Positions 19,241 through 31,860 of a DNA stretch of 35,743 nucleotides are shown one piece after another. Position 1 is the stretch's first letter. Each line of letters starts with the position of its first letter. The notes under the pieces are model-generated. The model ran no database searches, had not been told where the DNA came from, and saw nothing but the letters and a program-made list of their open reading frames with translations. The translations under genes were made by a program, and so were the position numbers. Origin of the DNA: Catajapyx aquilonaris. Its lineage: Eukaryota. The DNA lies in assembly GCA_000934665.2 (NCBI GenBank), contig JYFJ02004057.1:1-35743 (forward strand), written 5' to 3'.

Positions 19241-21151
19241 TCATATGCTCTTCAGTGATCTGGAGCACAGCATTTCCTTTAAGAAAATGACGAGAGCAAC
19301 ACCACTTCCAGCTATCAATATGGCGAAGGATCCTGTGAACTGATCCAAGGAAAACACTCGTGTCAACGCGTTTCGGTCCTCAACAGTGATGTTGAGATGC
19401 TCTCTTTGCCTGGCAAGTGTCCACGTCCTCATGTAGTCATCGAATCTCTCGAATTTCACTCCCAGTCCGATGCTTACGAATGTTTGTACCCGACGATTGA
19501 AGTTGTGGTAGTAGACGCTTCCCTTACTGACGGCCACAGATGAATGTGTGATGACTAGATAATCGCGTGAAATGAACGACCGGTCGTCTCCATAACGTAA
19601 GTGAATTTCTTCCTGGACATCTTGCAACCACCCGTCAGTTGCGAAGCAAACTATGTCTTCTTGAAGTATGATTCCGTAACACTGCTCCATACTGGTTGGG
19701 CTAATCTTTGAAAACAGCGAGGACATCTCCTTCCGAGTCTCGTCATCTATGCTGCTGTAAATAATGTCGTGCATTCCTTCCTGCATGTATGCTGAAAATG
19801 TCGAGTCGACCAGCTGGGGAACGGTGGCAGGAACTATTTCTTCAGGAGGACAAGCGAGAAGTTCAAACAGATTTGCTTTGTACCCAGTAGTTACGATGAG
19901 TGCAAAGTAAAAGTAGGTCATGATGAACACCCTGACCGACACCTCAGTCACTTTCAGTTTAGGGTACTGCTCAAGCATGACTCTGGCTAGAAATCTCAGG
20001 TTTCCAATGAAAGATCCGTACCTGGTCAGATGGTCCAGTCTCCACCCACCTTTGGATATGACCAGGAGGAAAATGGCGGAAATGGCCAAAATTCCGGTCA
20101 GTCCGAACCAGGCAGCAGGGGTGTAAGGATGGACCACGACGAAGGGAGAGTTGATCGCGTTTGGACGACGTGCGAGGAAAGTAATTCGTTGCGCATGATG
20201 AGGAGACAAAAGGTCTGCCAAAGTGTTGGTGAACTCCAGGATAGGAATGTTATTGGCGAGTGAAATCTTCCCTTTCAAAATGTCGTCCACTAATTGCAGA
20301 GCAAGACTTATGTTTTTGTGGACAAGAAAACTTGTACCGTCCACTGCACTCCAGGTGAAGTTGAAAGCAGTGGCCAAGAAACAATTTAAAGCATAATGAA
20401 GGTTATCATTACAGTCGCGGTAATTGCTGTATCCTAATGTGAATATGGCTAACGCCTTTCCATGCAGATTGTTGGCCGTGTCATTGAGAATGGCCGTTGT
20501 CAGAGTTGCATCTAACATGTCCTCGCTGACAGACACTGATTCATAAGTTGGTTCTCCATCATTGCAGAAGAAACACGCTGATGATATAGTGATAGTGTCA
20601 CTGGCGCTGTCCTGAGCCATACCGACCTTGTACTTTAATTTTGAAGACGGTTTCTCCAAGAGCTTGTCGCCTGCTGGCCTATCTCTAATCCATATCAGGA
20701 ACAGATCTGTGGTTTCCTTAGCGGATACCACTCCTCCCTCCGGATTCAGCAGTTCTTCCATTGCGTCCTCGTAGTTCTGCTCACAGGTTGTCACCAAATG
20801 GACCATGCACTTGCTGTCACGTGTCTCTCGGAATGACACCGAGTGACTAGTTGATTCACTTGTTGAGCACTCCCACTTGCTCTGATGAGAACCACTCGAT
20901 TTGGCCAGCATGACAGCCCTTCCTGCCAGGGACATGTTGGACACCATAACCTGCAGATGACCAGGCCAACCCCATCCGAGGTCATGGGTCACGGCCAGTG
21001 GACACTCCAAGTCCAACAGGTCGCTGTCTTTGAGCATGTTCCACACTGATTTCAGAAGTATATGTCCGCTAGTGTCATCATATTCTGCATGTAACCGAAA
21101 TTCACCATCAGTGGGAAGTACTGCTAATAGAACTAGGCCGAGAAAAATCAT
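19241..21151 (-). CDS. Divergent ionotropic receptor (IR, iGluR-related chemoreceptor), intronless, 636 aa
   Basis: Signal-peptide-like MIFLGLVLLAVLPTDG from ATG 21151. M1 PYTPAAWFGLTGILAISAIF, pore MLEQ, M3 VRVFIMTYFYFALIVTTGYKANL (SYTANL-like), S2 VAVSKGS..FNRRV, M4 FSLDQFTGSFAILIAGSGVALVIFLKE. Confidence 0.88.
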   Translation of the reverse strand: MIFLGLVLLAVLPTDGEFRLHAEYDDTSGHILLKSVWNMLKDSDLLDLECPLAVTHDLGWGWPGHLQVMVSNMSLAGRAVMLAKSSGSHQSKWECSTSESTSHSVSFRETRDSKCMVHLVTTCEQNYEDAMEELLNPEGGVVSAKETTDLFLIWIRDRPAGDKLLEKPSSKLKYKVGMAQDSASDTITISSACFFCNDGEPTYESVSVSEDMLDATLTTAILNDTANNLHGKALAIFTLGYSNYRDCNDNLHYALNCFLATAFNFTWSAVDGTSFLVHKNISLALQLVDDILKGKISLANNIPILEFTNTLADLLSPHHAQRITFLARRPNAINSPFVVVHPYTPAAWFGLTGILAISAIFLLVISKGGWRLDHLTRYGSFIGNLRFLARVMLEQYPKLKVTEVSVRVFIMTYFYFALIVTTGYKANLFELLACPPEEIVPATVPQLVDSTFSAYMQEGMHDIIYSSIDDETRKEMSSLFSKISPTSMEQCYGIILQEDIVCFATDGWLQDVQEEIHLRYGDDRSFISRDYLVITHSSVAVSKGSVYYHNFNRRVQTFVSIGLGVKFERFDDYMRTWTLARQREHLNITVEDRNALTRVFSLDQFTGSFAILIAGSGVALVIFLKEMLCSRSLKSI

Positions 21152-21956
21152 TTTCGCCGAATATGAACTGGCTAGTAGGCCTAGTAAGGTTGAAGTTCTG
21201 CGCCACTCTGTTCTGAGAAAGCTGTGGGCAATGGTGAATTCATGTATGTTGCTCAACATGGGCGTATGTCTTGTCACAGATCCTACTAGTTATTAAGCAA
21301 CATCGACGAGGCATATCCAACATTAACCGTACGTTTCTGCACATCGTAGTCGATATCCAGGGTGGGTGACCTGCCAACGCCCACAGAAATAATAATTAAT
21401 CGTTCTACCCAGAAACATTTGAAAATGAAAGTCAGAAGCACAGAAATTGCTTGTAATAGTTACATCTCTTGAACTGCGAATTTTGGTAGTGTATCATATT
21501 TTTCTTTATTTTTATCACTTCATATTGCGCATAAGTTAAATAATAATGACAACAATTTGTCTCTCTTTCACACGACACATTCTCAGCTATCATTGTCTTG
21601 CGTTTAATTCTGTGTCCAAACGCGTTCAATGCGTTAAACGAACATTCTTGATGTCATTTTTTATTTATGTGCGAAATAATCAGGGGAGTAACCCATGTCA
21701 GCATAATGTCTGTTCAGACATGTTGACAACGTCACGTCGTGTCAGAATGTAGCTGTCTCATTCATTATAAACATGCCTGGAATGTGAGTACCCTTCCTAT
21801 GACTACAACAGGTTACGTAATGTAATTGCATCAAACAAGGCTGAGGATCACCGAATCCGAAAAAAATATACAGTCGATGGAGACCTTGAAAAGCAATAAA
21901 GTAAGGAGTAATTAAAAGTACCAAGCATCAGTTGATGATTTTGACAGCTGACTTTT

Positions 21957-23241
21957 TTATCCAGCAGTCGCATTGCCATGGCAAATGTTACTATGTGAGC
22001 AGCTCTGTTCTGCGTGTTTGAACTGTGCTATGACCACAAAATAGGTGGTCATCGAGGCCGCCATCTGCATAAGGGGACAAAAAGTGTGGTATGAATAGTG
22101 ACAATAAAATGATGGTAAAATTGAGACCATACCGCAGTTAAAGTTGCGCTTCTGATTCGGAAGAAACCTGCAGTGATTTCCACTTCTGGGTAGGTCATCT
22201 TCGTAATCAGGTCGCGTATCTGCTTCTCGTTGGCCCAGCCCAGAGAAGACAAGTCGATCTTTCGGAGGTCATGCAGCGCCGCACTTGCCTGTTTCATCGA
22301 AATTGAGTTTAGGATGTTTTTAACTTGGTTCTCCAGGTAATACGTACCTGGTAAGGCAGCCTGTCCATCATGATAGTGGAGAGGGTCACAAGTGCGACCT
22401 TTGTGACTGCATGGACTACAGGGAAGAGTATGGGACGATCTCCAGAGACGAGGAGGACCACGGATCCAGCCCTGACCAGTGTGATCAGGATGTGGAGGTA
22501 AATGATGGCCAGGGACAGGCCGTAAGCGTCGTTCACGGAGGTCACCGTCTGGCAGAGGTCGTCGTATGCCCCGCTGAGTAAGGTCAGAGGTCGAGTGGCT
22601 CCTTGCACCTGTGATGGGTGTTTAGGGGCATGAAAGGAGCTGGGGAGGAGACGGACGATGTGTCGGATGCCACGAGTGACCGAGGCGAATCGAATCCGGA
22701 TGGCCTCTGAGAAGAACACGGCTTGGGTCACCGGCACGTACGCTGCAAACACCATGTACGAGTACAGAGCGTAGCTGGGCAGCATCTGGAGGTCACGCCC
22801 AGACGACATTTGACCAGTGAACACGTGCATAAGAAAAATGGTGGCCAGTACCACCACGTAGGTCCAGCTGGCGACCTTGACCCTTCGGTGCTTGACCTCT
22901 CCGGACATGACCAGGTCGTACGAGTGCAGCTTGGACATCAGGTCACTCACTGCCTTGAACTTGACCTGTGCGATGCAGTAAAGAGCAGGTACGGTCACTG
23001 TCACGTTGAAGAAGTCAGCCAGGTTGGCCACGTTGATGACGGACACTAGGGTGAAGTAGTGCCAGTCAACTGACTCGAAGTGGATGACCCAGGCGAAACA
23101 CGAGGTCACGAAGGCAGCTGGGGCCAGGAGAGAGTAGATGCAGGCCCGTCTGTACGGCCTCTGTCGGGTGCTTCTGACCGGGAAAAGGCCGAATATCCGG
23201 GAAGTGATGGCCAAGGGTCGGAAGGAATCGTACACGTCCAT
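21957..23241 (-). CDS. Gustatory receptor GR-1 (7TM chemoreceptor, ~385 aa)
   Basis: join(23241-22348, 22288-22133, 22064-21957), both introns GT-AG phase 0. N-terminal SRIFGLFP; TM7 signature TTYFVVIAQF (TYhhhhhQF). Confidence 0.9.
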
Positions 23242-25650
23242 TGCTGCCCAATGATTGATGGTGACCTGATTTCATCCGCGTTAGGGACGTCGAGCGAATA
23301 AGTCGCGAACAATGCTCGTCATATCGGTCTGGATTGCGTATACAAAAGTGAGCTGTTGGAACAAAACGGACAGGAGAGTGTTATAGGATGGGAATAATAT
23401 TTGACGGCTTTGTGTTAACTCGGATGATCGATCCAATAGTCCGGAAGCGTTGCATAATTAAATTGCTTCCTGTCTTTTATGCAGATGATATGGTGCAGGA
23501 CACAAACAAATCCGGACAGCACACCCACAAACAAACTCATTTATAGATATGGAAGATATAAAAATTATTATCGATCACACAATGCCTTCTGCCAATTGAG
23601 GCTTTTAAATAAATCCAAATAATTATGTCAATACACAAATTCAAATTTTGCAATATTGATGGGGATAAAAAGTAAGCCAAAGCATACAAGTGCGTGTTAC
23701 TTGCTACAATCATAGTGTGTTACTATTATTAGGAACATTCCACCAGTAATACTGCAATATTCATTTTTATTGCTTTGCACCGCAGTACTCCAAAAGGAGT
23801 GGCCTGTAATCATTTTTCCGACTCAAAATGTGATTAAGGTACTGTTAAGTGATCGAAATTAAATCCAGAAGAAATTAGTCTCTTTGTTGATAACAGTATT
23901 TTGTGGTAACATTAAATAAGCAAAATTAACACGATGTTTTAACTTGCTAATGATCACCCACCTGAAACCAATAATTTAGCTATCTGTTTATAGTTCCAGT
24001 TAATCGACTTCCTGCTCTCTGCTTCCATTTTCTCTTCCTTTTCATGGTAAGTTGCACATGACAGCATGATTAATTTTTTTTTTAAAAGCTGAAGCACTTG
24101 AAATCCACGTCACGGTTGGACCAGACTATTGATTTTTGTCCCGTGCATTTTTTACCCTCAAACCACACACTAGATTATCTGGGTTGAAGGGCAATTATGA
24201 CTCGAACCCTACATTTACGTGAGAAGAAAATAACGATGGCTCCTGAATGAAATATTGCCCTAAGTGTACACTAACTCTTGGCCCTGCCCCGGGGCCAGCC
24301 CCACCACCACCTCGGGCCCTTCCTCCGACACCTGGCCTCCATCGTCCGGATCAAGACCAACAGGGACAGGCTCATCTTCTGGACACCTTCATCTGATGGA
24401 CCATCATCCAGTGTGGTGAGGGACGTCCTCTTGCACCCGGACTCAATAAATATTGTCAGCTTAATTAGTTGATAAAAACTGAACACTATGCAGAAGTAGC
24501 ACGAGGAAATAATTTTTGGCTCTCATCTTTTATTGACAGCTGCAAACATTAATTAAAAATGCGATCTTCCTTCAGCTGCGTATAACCGCATTTAATAATG
24601 GACTGTCTTTCGTAATTATTCCGACAGCACGTTTTGGAATGCCTCGACATTGATTGTGCATACACTCTTGGGTAATGGCGTAATGCTGAATACTGTACTT
24701 CGATCCGATTTGATTTTTGGGAGTCGCTCAAGAAGTGAGAGTTCTGCAGCACGTGGAACATTATTTTGTCGCCAGCTAGTTTGTACGGCATGTTTTCAGT
24801 GGCAGCAAGCAGTGCATGTAAAACGTGCCAAAAATTTGCCGGGACCAAACAGCAACATCCTGTTGATTTGGGCGGATTTCTTTTGATCGAGTTGGCAACC
24901 TGAGTGGAGCCAAATATTTCATTTTGGAGTCTGAAAACGGAAAATCGTCTGTATTATCCTGTGGTTGAGCCACGCTTATATACGCAATTATCAGCTCGGG
25001 ACCACATTGGTCACTGTGTCCTTTTAATGGAGTTGGACAGGACATTTTGCGACACTCCTCATGGATGGATGTGTGCTGCTTGGTCATATTTGTAAACTAT
25101 ACTGGAAGAGTGTTCCTCTGATGATGTTGATGATGGGTGGAGCACAAGTTATATACGCAAAGGTAAGCTGCGCAGATGGAGGCTCGTTGATGAGGGAGAA
25201 CGTAAAAATGGCACCTGATGGTAATATTTATTTTTAAAATGCTCTCAAACACGTCCAATAGGGAAATGTTACTCTTCAAGTGGAATTCAAGTGGAACTCT
25301 TCAGTCTTTCCAGCCATGATGTTTATTTGTGGAATGAAATATTTACGATAATGAAGTGCCAAAGGCATCCAGCAGCCAAAATTGAGGCTTCCTGAAATAG
25401 TTTCAAGCTGAAGAGTATAGCCAAGAAAATAATCGCCCCCGCAATCATTCCTTACATTTAAAAATGGGGACCGTAATGGCAAATCTATATCTGGCCATGT
25501 CATGCGATGGAAGTGTATATCAAACATGATTTAAGTCAATTCCATCTCTTTTAAATGAGTCGGAAACAGTGATGCCAATGAACGACACATTATTTCGTGC
25601 TGCCATTGCCACCATTGAACTTGTGAACAAGTCTTGGCTCTTGTCAAATA

Positions 25651-27031
25651 CTAGCTTTTAAATTGAGCGAGGACGACAAGGTACGTAGTCACCGCTCCTG
25701 CCGCCTGTAATTAAAAAAGAAAGGGTGTTAACACTATAGGCCCATTCACACGAACAAATCATGATCGGATCAGGTTCCGTCATGATTATTGTAGTATTCA
25801 CATGGACGATTATTTCGAGTCAACATTCACAAATCTGCAACGTGATCCGATTGTGATGTTGGTCCAGTGTGAATGGGCCTTGCTGTGACCACATTTAAGT
25901 GAAAATAATTATTGGCAGAATGTACCGTAACTACAAGTCCACTTCGGATCCGGAAGAACCAGGCTGATATTTCTACTTCTGGATATGTCACTTTGGCTAG
26001 CAGGTCACGAACCAACGTTTGGTCGCTTCCGGATATGGACGTGGTGTCTACTTTACGTAAGTTGTGCAGCATGGACGAGGCCTGTCAAAAACCAAAACGT
26101 ACTATGTACCGTTAACAGTCACACATTTTCGTCAGTGCGATACCTCAGAAGGCAGCCTCTCCATCATGCAAGTGGCAAAAACAAGTACCAGGATCTTGAT
26201 CGACAGGAAGATAAATGGCTTCCAATGCCAGGAGCTGGAACTGACAAGCAGGAAAAAACCCTCGTTGACTATCTCTATCATCAGGTAGAGGTATGTCATG
26301 GCCAGGGTTAGCCCGTATGATTCGTTCACGGCGGTGACTGACTCGCACAGGTCGTCGAAGGCACCGCTCAAACGGGTCAAAGGTCGGGAAGCATTCTCCT
26401 GGGTGACCACCGGCTTATTCCGCAGAGGAAAGCAACTTGGCAATGTTTGTGTCACTTTTAATATGTCTCGAGAAACTGAAGCGAATCGCAATCGGATGGA
26501 CTCGGAGAAAAAAACCACGTGATAAAGTGGTACGTATGGAATGAAAGTGTAGATGTCAAATAACATGAAGAAAGTCGCACCTTGGTCGGTCACGATGTCC
26601 GACACCACATGGATGAATATGAGGGTGAAAAACACCACCACGTAGGCCGAAGACCCTAATTTCACACTCCTGTTGACTCTTTCGTTTCCTCCCATCTCTT
26701 CATCGAAATGGTGCAATCTGGACACCAGTTCACTTACTCCTTGGAAATTAAGCACATTCATCAAGTACACCACTGCAACTGCTAAATTGACGTTGACGTA
26801 CTCAATAGTTATCACCACATCTTTGACGTCTCCTCCATAAAACTCGGCCCAGTTGTGTTGGCTGAACTCCAGCAGGTGCCACAAAATATTCGTCACAACG
26901 AAGATGAATGGGCCAACTAGACACAACCACCATGTCCTCTTGTAAGGTTTGGAGCGCGAGTTGGCCACAGGGAAGAAACCGAACATCCTGGACGCGATGA
27001 CCAAGGGAATGAGAGAGTCGTACACGTCCAT
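25651..27031 (-). CDS. Gustatory receptor GR-2 (~365 aa)
   Basis: join(27031-26144, 26081-25926, 25704-25651). Same intron positions and 156-nt middle exon as GR-1. TTYLVVLAQF. Confidence 0.88.
25739..25879. mobile_element. MITE (PIF/Harbinger-like ends) in the last intron of GR-2
   Basis: TIR GGCCCATTCACAC...GTGTGAATGGGCC with further imperfect internal symmetry. TSD degenerate. Confidence 0.65.
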
Positions 27032-28127
27032 GGCTGAATTAAGACTGCGAATTGTGTCGTTTCGAGAATATTTAGGTCGTGTGTTGCGCAATGAGCACTG
27101 TGGCCTTTTCATTAGTGCTATACTGGGGCTGGTGGGCGGAGCTCGGAAGCAGAGGCATATAAAAGTGGGTCGTTATTTTTGGGACACTCTCTTTGTAAGT
27201 AGCAAAATTCCGATATATTGCCAGATAGGCCAGAAATCAAATGGTATACTGAATTGTCTCTCATACACAGAATAAGGCCATTTTTTTCTCCATTAATAGC
27301 ATTTTCCTACTTTAAAAATTATTTTCTAAGCCGAGGTAGGAGAAGGTCATTTCACTATACATTATCGTAATTTATTCATACCCAAATAAATGTTATTACT
27401 TTCGTCTTGTAGTGCAATGCAAGGTGTTCGTGGAAGAGACGCGATGACCGGCCGTCCCCTGACGATGGGTGGAGCCGTAATGTTATTAATTACCTGAAAT
27501 GAGTTAATTGCCTCAAAGAGAAAATTAATTGTCCACACCTCTGTCAAATTACTTCCGGCCCTCATCCAAACAACAGGCCTGACAAGATGAAATAAAGACG
27601 GGATCCAGCAGAGCAAACAGCTGTCATATGCTATAACTATAAACTATAACAGCCCTATTGCTCATTTCAATAATATGCATATCATATAAACATGAGAAAA
27701 TGGTATAAATATAATACTTAAAAATTCCTATTCGTTGTACACTAGGTCCTACTTGCAGTGATCAGAGTGTTCCCATGACGATGGGTGGAGCTCTCATGGG
27801 ATGCTGATAAAGAGCATCGTCGCACAGGAATGCTATTTTGGTAAGTGGTCGCAGAAGAGGAATTTGGAGAGTAACGGATGCGAGGGAATTGGTTATAAAC
27901 TTTCTCAATATTGTTATTTGGTGTGCAATAAGCCACGTGTAATAGGAGCTTACAAAGTGGTATTATTGATATTAAATTAATACCAATCATCCGTTATAAG
28001 GTGCGCGTAACATTACACTCGCAGCAAGTAAAAAAATTGTGTCTACAAAAGGTAAATATTGATGGCAAAGTGCAATCAAAGCATGGAGACAGGGAGGACT
28101 GTTGTTGACATTGTTATAATCAATTTA

Positions 28128-28288
28128 AGGCCATTTCACAAAAAAAATGTCGCGCGGCAAACGGCGCGACTTGCGGCAAATTTTTATTTATATTTATTGT
28201 TGCCAATTGTTGGCAACAATAAATATAAATAAAAAATTTGCCGCAGGTCGCGCCGTTTGCCGCGCGACATTTTTTTGTGAAATGGCCT
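28128..28288. mobile_element. Near-perfect 161-bp hairpin MITE (PIF/Harbinger-like)
   Basis: TTA|AGGCCATTTCACA...TGTGAAATGGCCT|TTA. Arms are complementary almost to the centre. Confidence 0.8.
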
Positions 28289-28589
28289 TTACTCTCATTA
28301 GTGTGTGTTGAAACAACCTTTGGCACCTTTGGGATAATGCATTATCGTAATTTGCTTATGGCCAGAACTCCTTTCCATACTATCATATTAACTGAGGTCC
28401 TCCACTTACAAGAAACCCACTTGTTATCATAATTGCAATGATATACTGTACAGAGATTGAGTAGTGCTGAGATACATAAGGTGTGACCATAAGGTGCAAA
28501 CTTCAAACTGTCGAATATCGGAGGCATCTTTTGCCTTGCAGTTTGAAGTTTTTACAGCACCATTTTGGAATCATAGTATTTTACGTACT

Positions 28590-30285
28590 TCATTTCTCTT
28601 CTGCACCACGAAACTGAGCAACTACGACAATATACGTTGTAATTGAAGCTGCCATCTGAAAAGAGCAAAGCAGGTACTTAGCACTAACTGAAATACAGCG
28701 GTACGTACAGTACATTCCTTTGGAATTCAGCTGTACTTCAGATGACGCTTGAATAGTTTACTGCATTTTTGTGCATGTTGCTAAAATATGTGTGTGAGTG
28801 GAGCTGCCGGTGTGGTGTGAATGAAATATTTCAGAATGGAGAATATCTTTACAGCTTATATTCAACATACACAGCTCTGCAAGGCTAAGGTGTAGAACTT
28901 TTTCACTCTAACTTTCTACAAATTTTCTTCATACGAAATGTTAGGCTGGAAATGTGCCATTTAGCAATGCTCACACTATTTATTCAGAATACGATTGAAA
29001 CCTACGAACACTTATTTTGTCAGGTCCACATAACCTATAATCTCTCCAGCAATCGTGTAACTTTCTGTAACCTAGATATAAACTGTCGGCTGATTCGACT
29101 CTAAGGTCAGATTGTATTGCTTCCCAAAAAAGACCACCTTATAATGTCAACTTACAGTAGTGAGAATTTCCCTCCTGATTTGAAAGAAGCAAGCCGAGAT
29201 TTCCACCTGAGGGTGTGTCACTTTGGCGATCAGATCACGAATCACCATTTGTTGATGCCAGTCCAAAGAGGCCAAGTCTACCCTGCGAAGTTCTTGCAAC
29301 AGTGACGCAGTCTGCGCAGAAAGGGTAATTATTATTATATATTTACGTACAGGTACCCATATAAAGTGTGCATTGGTGTTACCTCGCGTGTCAACCTGTC
29401 AATCACGCATGTAGTGCATACGATTATGGTGACTTTGGCGACCGTGACTAGCATCGGGTGATGGCTGACACGTGTCTCGCTTCCCAGCAAGAGAAAGAAG
29501 CATTCATTGATCACTGCGACCAGAAGGTGCAGATAAGTCGCGGCCAGTGCCAGGCTGTATGTCTTGTTGAGTTGTCCGACAATGACGCAGAGGTCGGTGA
29601 AGGCGCCACTCAGACGGGTCAAAGGCTGAAGATATGTTATCTGAAACAGCTTCCTCGGACTGTCAGGGTTGGGAAAGGAGCTGGGCAGCTCCCGGACAAT
29701 ATCCGCGATTCCTTGCGAAACGGAGGCGAAACGAAGCCGGATAGACTCGGAGAAAAACATGGTTTGGACCAGCATCAGGATGGGAATGAAGACGCACACT
29801 TGGAACAGGACGGCGGCCAAGTAGTTGATGGGACTAACTATGGCCAGACAGCGAGAAATTATGTGTGCCAGTAGCACCACGTACCATATTACGACGGATG
29901 CAATCGATGCTTTCCTCATCCTCCTGTTCACCTCTTCGCTTCCGGACATTGCTTGGTCAAAGTCGTGCAGCCTCCTCAAAAGGTCACACACTGGCTTGAA
30001 GTTGACCTGGAGGATGACGTACACGGTCAGCATAGTCCAGTTCAAGTTGACGTACTCCAGCAAGTATATTATATCCTCGACAGATTCCAAGTAGAACATG
30101 CGCCAGTTGCTCAGCCGAAACCTGTGCATCTGCATTAATATGTTGAGAGAAATGAGAAAAATGGGGCCCAACAAGGAGTAGGGCCAGTGCTTTCGGAGAG
30201 GTCTCTCGCGAGTGTTGGCAACCGGAAAGAGACTGAATATCCGGGAAGTGATCGCCACCGGACGGAAGGAGTCGTACACGTCCAT
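28590..30285 (-). CDS. Gustatory receptor GR-3 (~374 aa)
   Basis: join(30285-29383, 29311-29156, 28655-28590). The 156-nt middle exon reads TASLLQELRRVD...ACFFQIRREILTT; last exon MAASITTYIVVVAQFRGAEEK*. Confidence 0.9.
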
Positions 30286-31659
30286 GGCCGCGTCTTGCAA
30301 CTCGGAATGTGCTGATTTTCATTTGCAAAAAATAATCGAGTTTCTAGGGACATAGATAAACGGGCATGAATTACGCAAGTACGAGTATAGGTGTGATGTA
30401 GCCGGCCCTTTGTGATTGAGGGCGGGGACAGCATAACGCAAAAGATCTATGAATATATTGACTCGAATTTGACACTTAAATTGATGGAGCCAACATCAAC
30501 TATACGGTGTGATGAAAGAAATAAAAAGCACAAGCAACATCAGTCAAGGAGAAAGAGTGACGGATGTTTCTTCGGATAATCTATATGCCGCCACATTCGT
30601 CGGCTCATCTTGAATTACCCTTGACATTACAGGAGTAACTTTGAAAGTGTTTACGGTGATGTAGCAGCCGTGCAGCCCGTGTCAAATTTGAGTCGCATCG
30701 TTCCACTTCACACACGGTGTTCTTCGCAGGCAATGATTTATTGGTTTATATAGTGGTGAGAATTTAGGCATGGGTATTACCAATACTGAGAATCTGGTTG
30801 AGGGGTACACTCAAACCAAAGGGGAGCTTGTTAAGTAATAAGGAAAATAATTTATTAATGAAGACACTAAAAGTTGCAACAGAACACGTATGAAGGGTGA
30901 CCACGCACCGATGCTTATGGTTGTCTGCTTAGGAGTCTAGGATGTTGTTTATCAGGATGACTTATCCCTCTGGAGTCATTCCACCTCGAGTCAATTGTAA
31001 CAAAAGTTGTCGCTGAACCCCAGGGAATTTCTTGATCAAAGGACACTAATCATGCGACATACTCAACAAGTTACTTCGATTGTAAGTGGCGCTTTTCGTT
31101 AACCAGTCACTCCGTAAAAGAACATGCAGGGTATAAGGAACAACAAATGCTGGCGGGTGCAGCTCTCGCCTCTCCCTACATGACTTCCTTTTGTATTATT
31201 ATTTACAACCAGACAGCCACCATTACATGTTCATTTATTTTTATTTGCCCTTAACAAACATAACACACTGGTATATAAAGGTATTGAACACTACAAAAAG
31301 TTTTGTTTCACCAAATGTATAAAATAATTTTAACATATCCAATGACCTCAGTACAGCAGTAGACACTGCATCAATCACACCAAGCTGGCCTGCATATCTT
31401 AAAGAGACCACCAGGTTTTCAAGTAGGTCCTAATACAAAGATAAAAATAACAGATCATGAACATGAAATCCTACGACAGGAACTTCAATGTCAAGTCAAT
31501 GAAACCTGACACAATTTCATGCTTTCTCCAGCTTGTGTTTCTCTCCTACTTTCCCAAATACACTTCAGATTTTCCGAATAATATTTTCCTTACCTAACAA
31601 ATTGCTCCCAAGTTTCGTCCCTGGCAGGTCAAGCCTAACTAACCTTTCTCAGCAGACGA

Positions 31660-31860
31660 GAGTGGGTGCCAATGCCAGATTTCTGAGACAACCTTTTCAA
31701 ACATAGGTGACCTGGAAATGGTTTTTCACATTCAAGCATGCCTATTCTTATCACCTGCCTCTCTCACTTTTTTCTGGCACATTTGAAAACGGAATGCACA
31801 CGGTCTACCTCCAGAGTGAGTCCTCAAGTGATTGCCAAAACTGGTTACATACGCAACAAT
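31660..31860 (-). pseudogene. Heavily decayed C2H2 finger remnants (probably the tail of gene E)
   Basis: Minus-strand fragments NHLRTHSGGRP..FQMCQKKV and EKPFPGHLCLKRLSQKSGIGTH. Confidence 0.55.

Noticed and set aside
21152..21277. 42-codon N-terminal extension of the IR ORF; likewise the GR-2 extension to 27112
   Set aside because: The IR signal peptide starts at ATG 21151, and all three GRs align from MDVYDS.
24270..25560. GC-rich patch and coding-like fragments between GR-1 and GR-2 (possible TE or receptor pseudogene)
   Set aside because: No family motif could be recognised with confidence in any frame; needs a translated search.
30750..31190. Possible minus-strand solo LTR
   Set aside because: An AATAAA-like signal is present, but no TG...CA termini with a TSD could be fixed.
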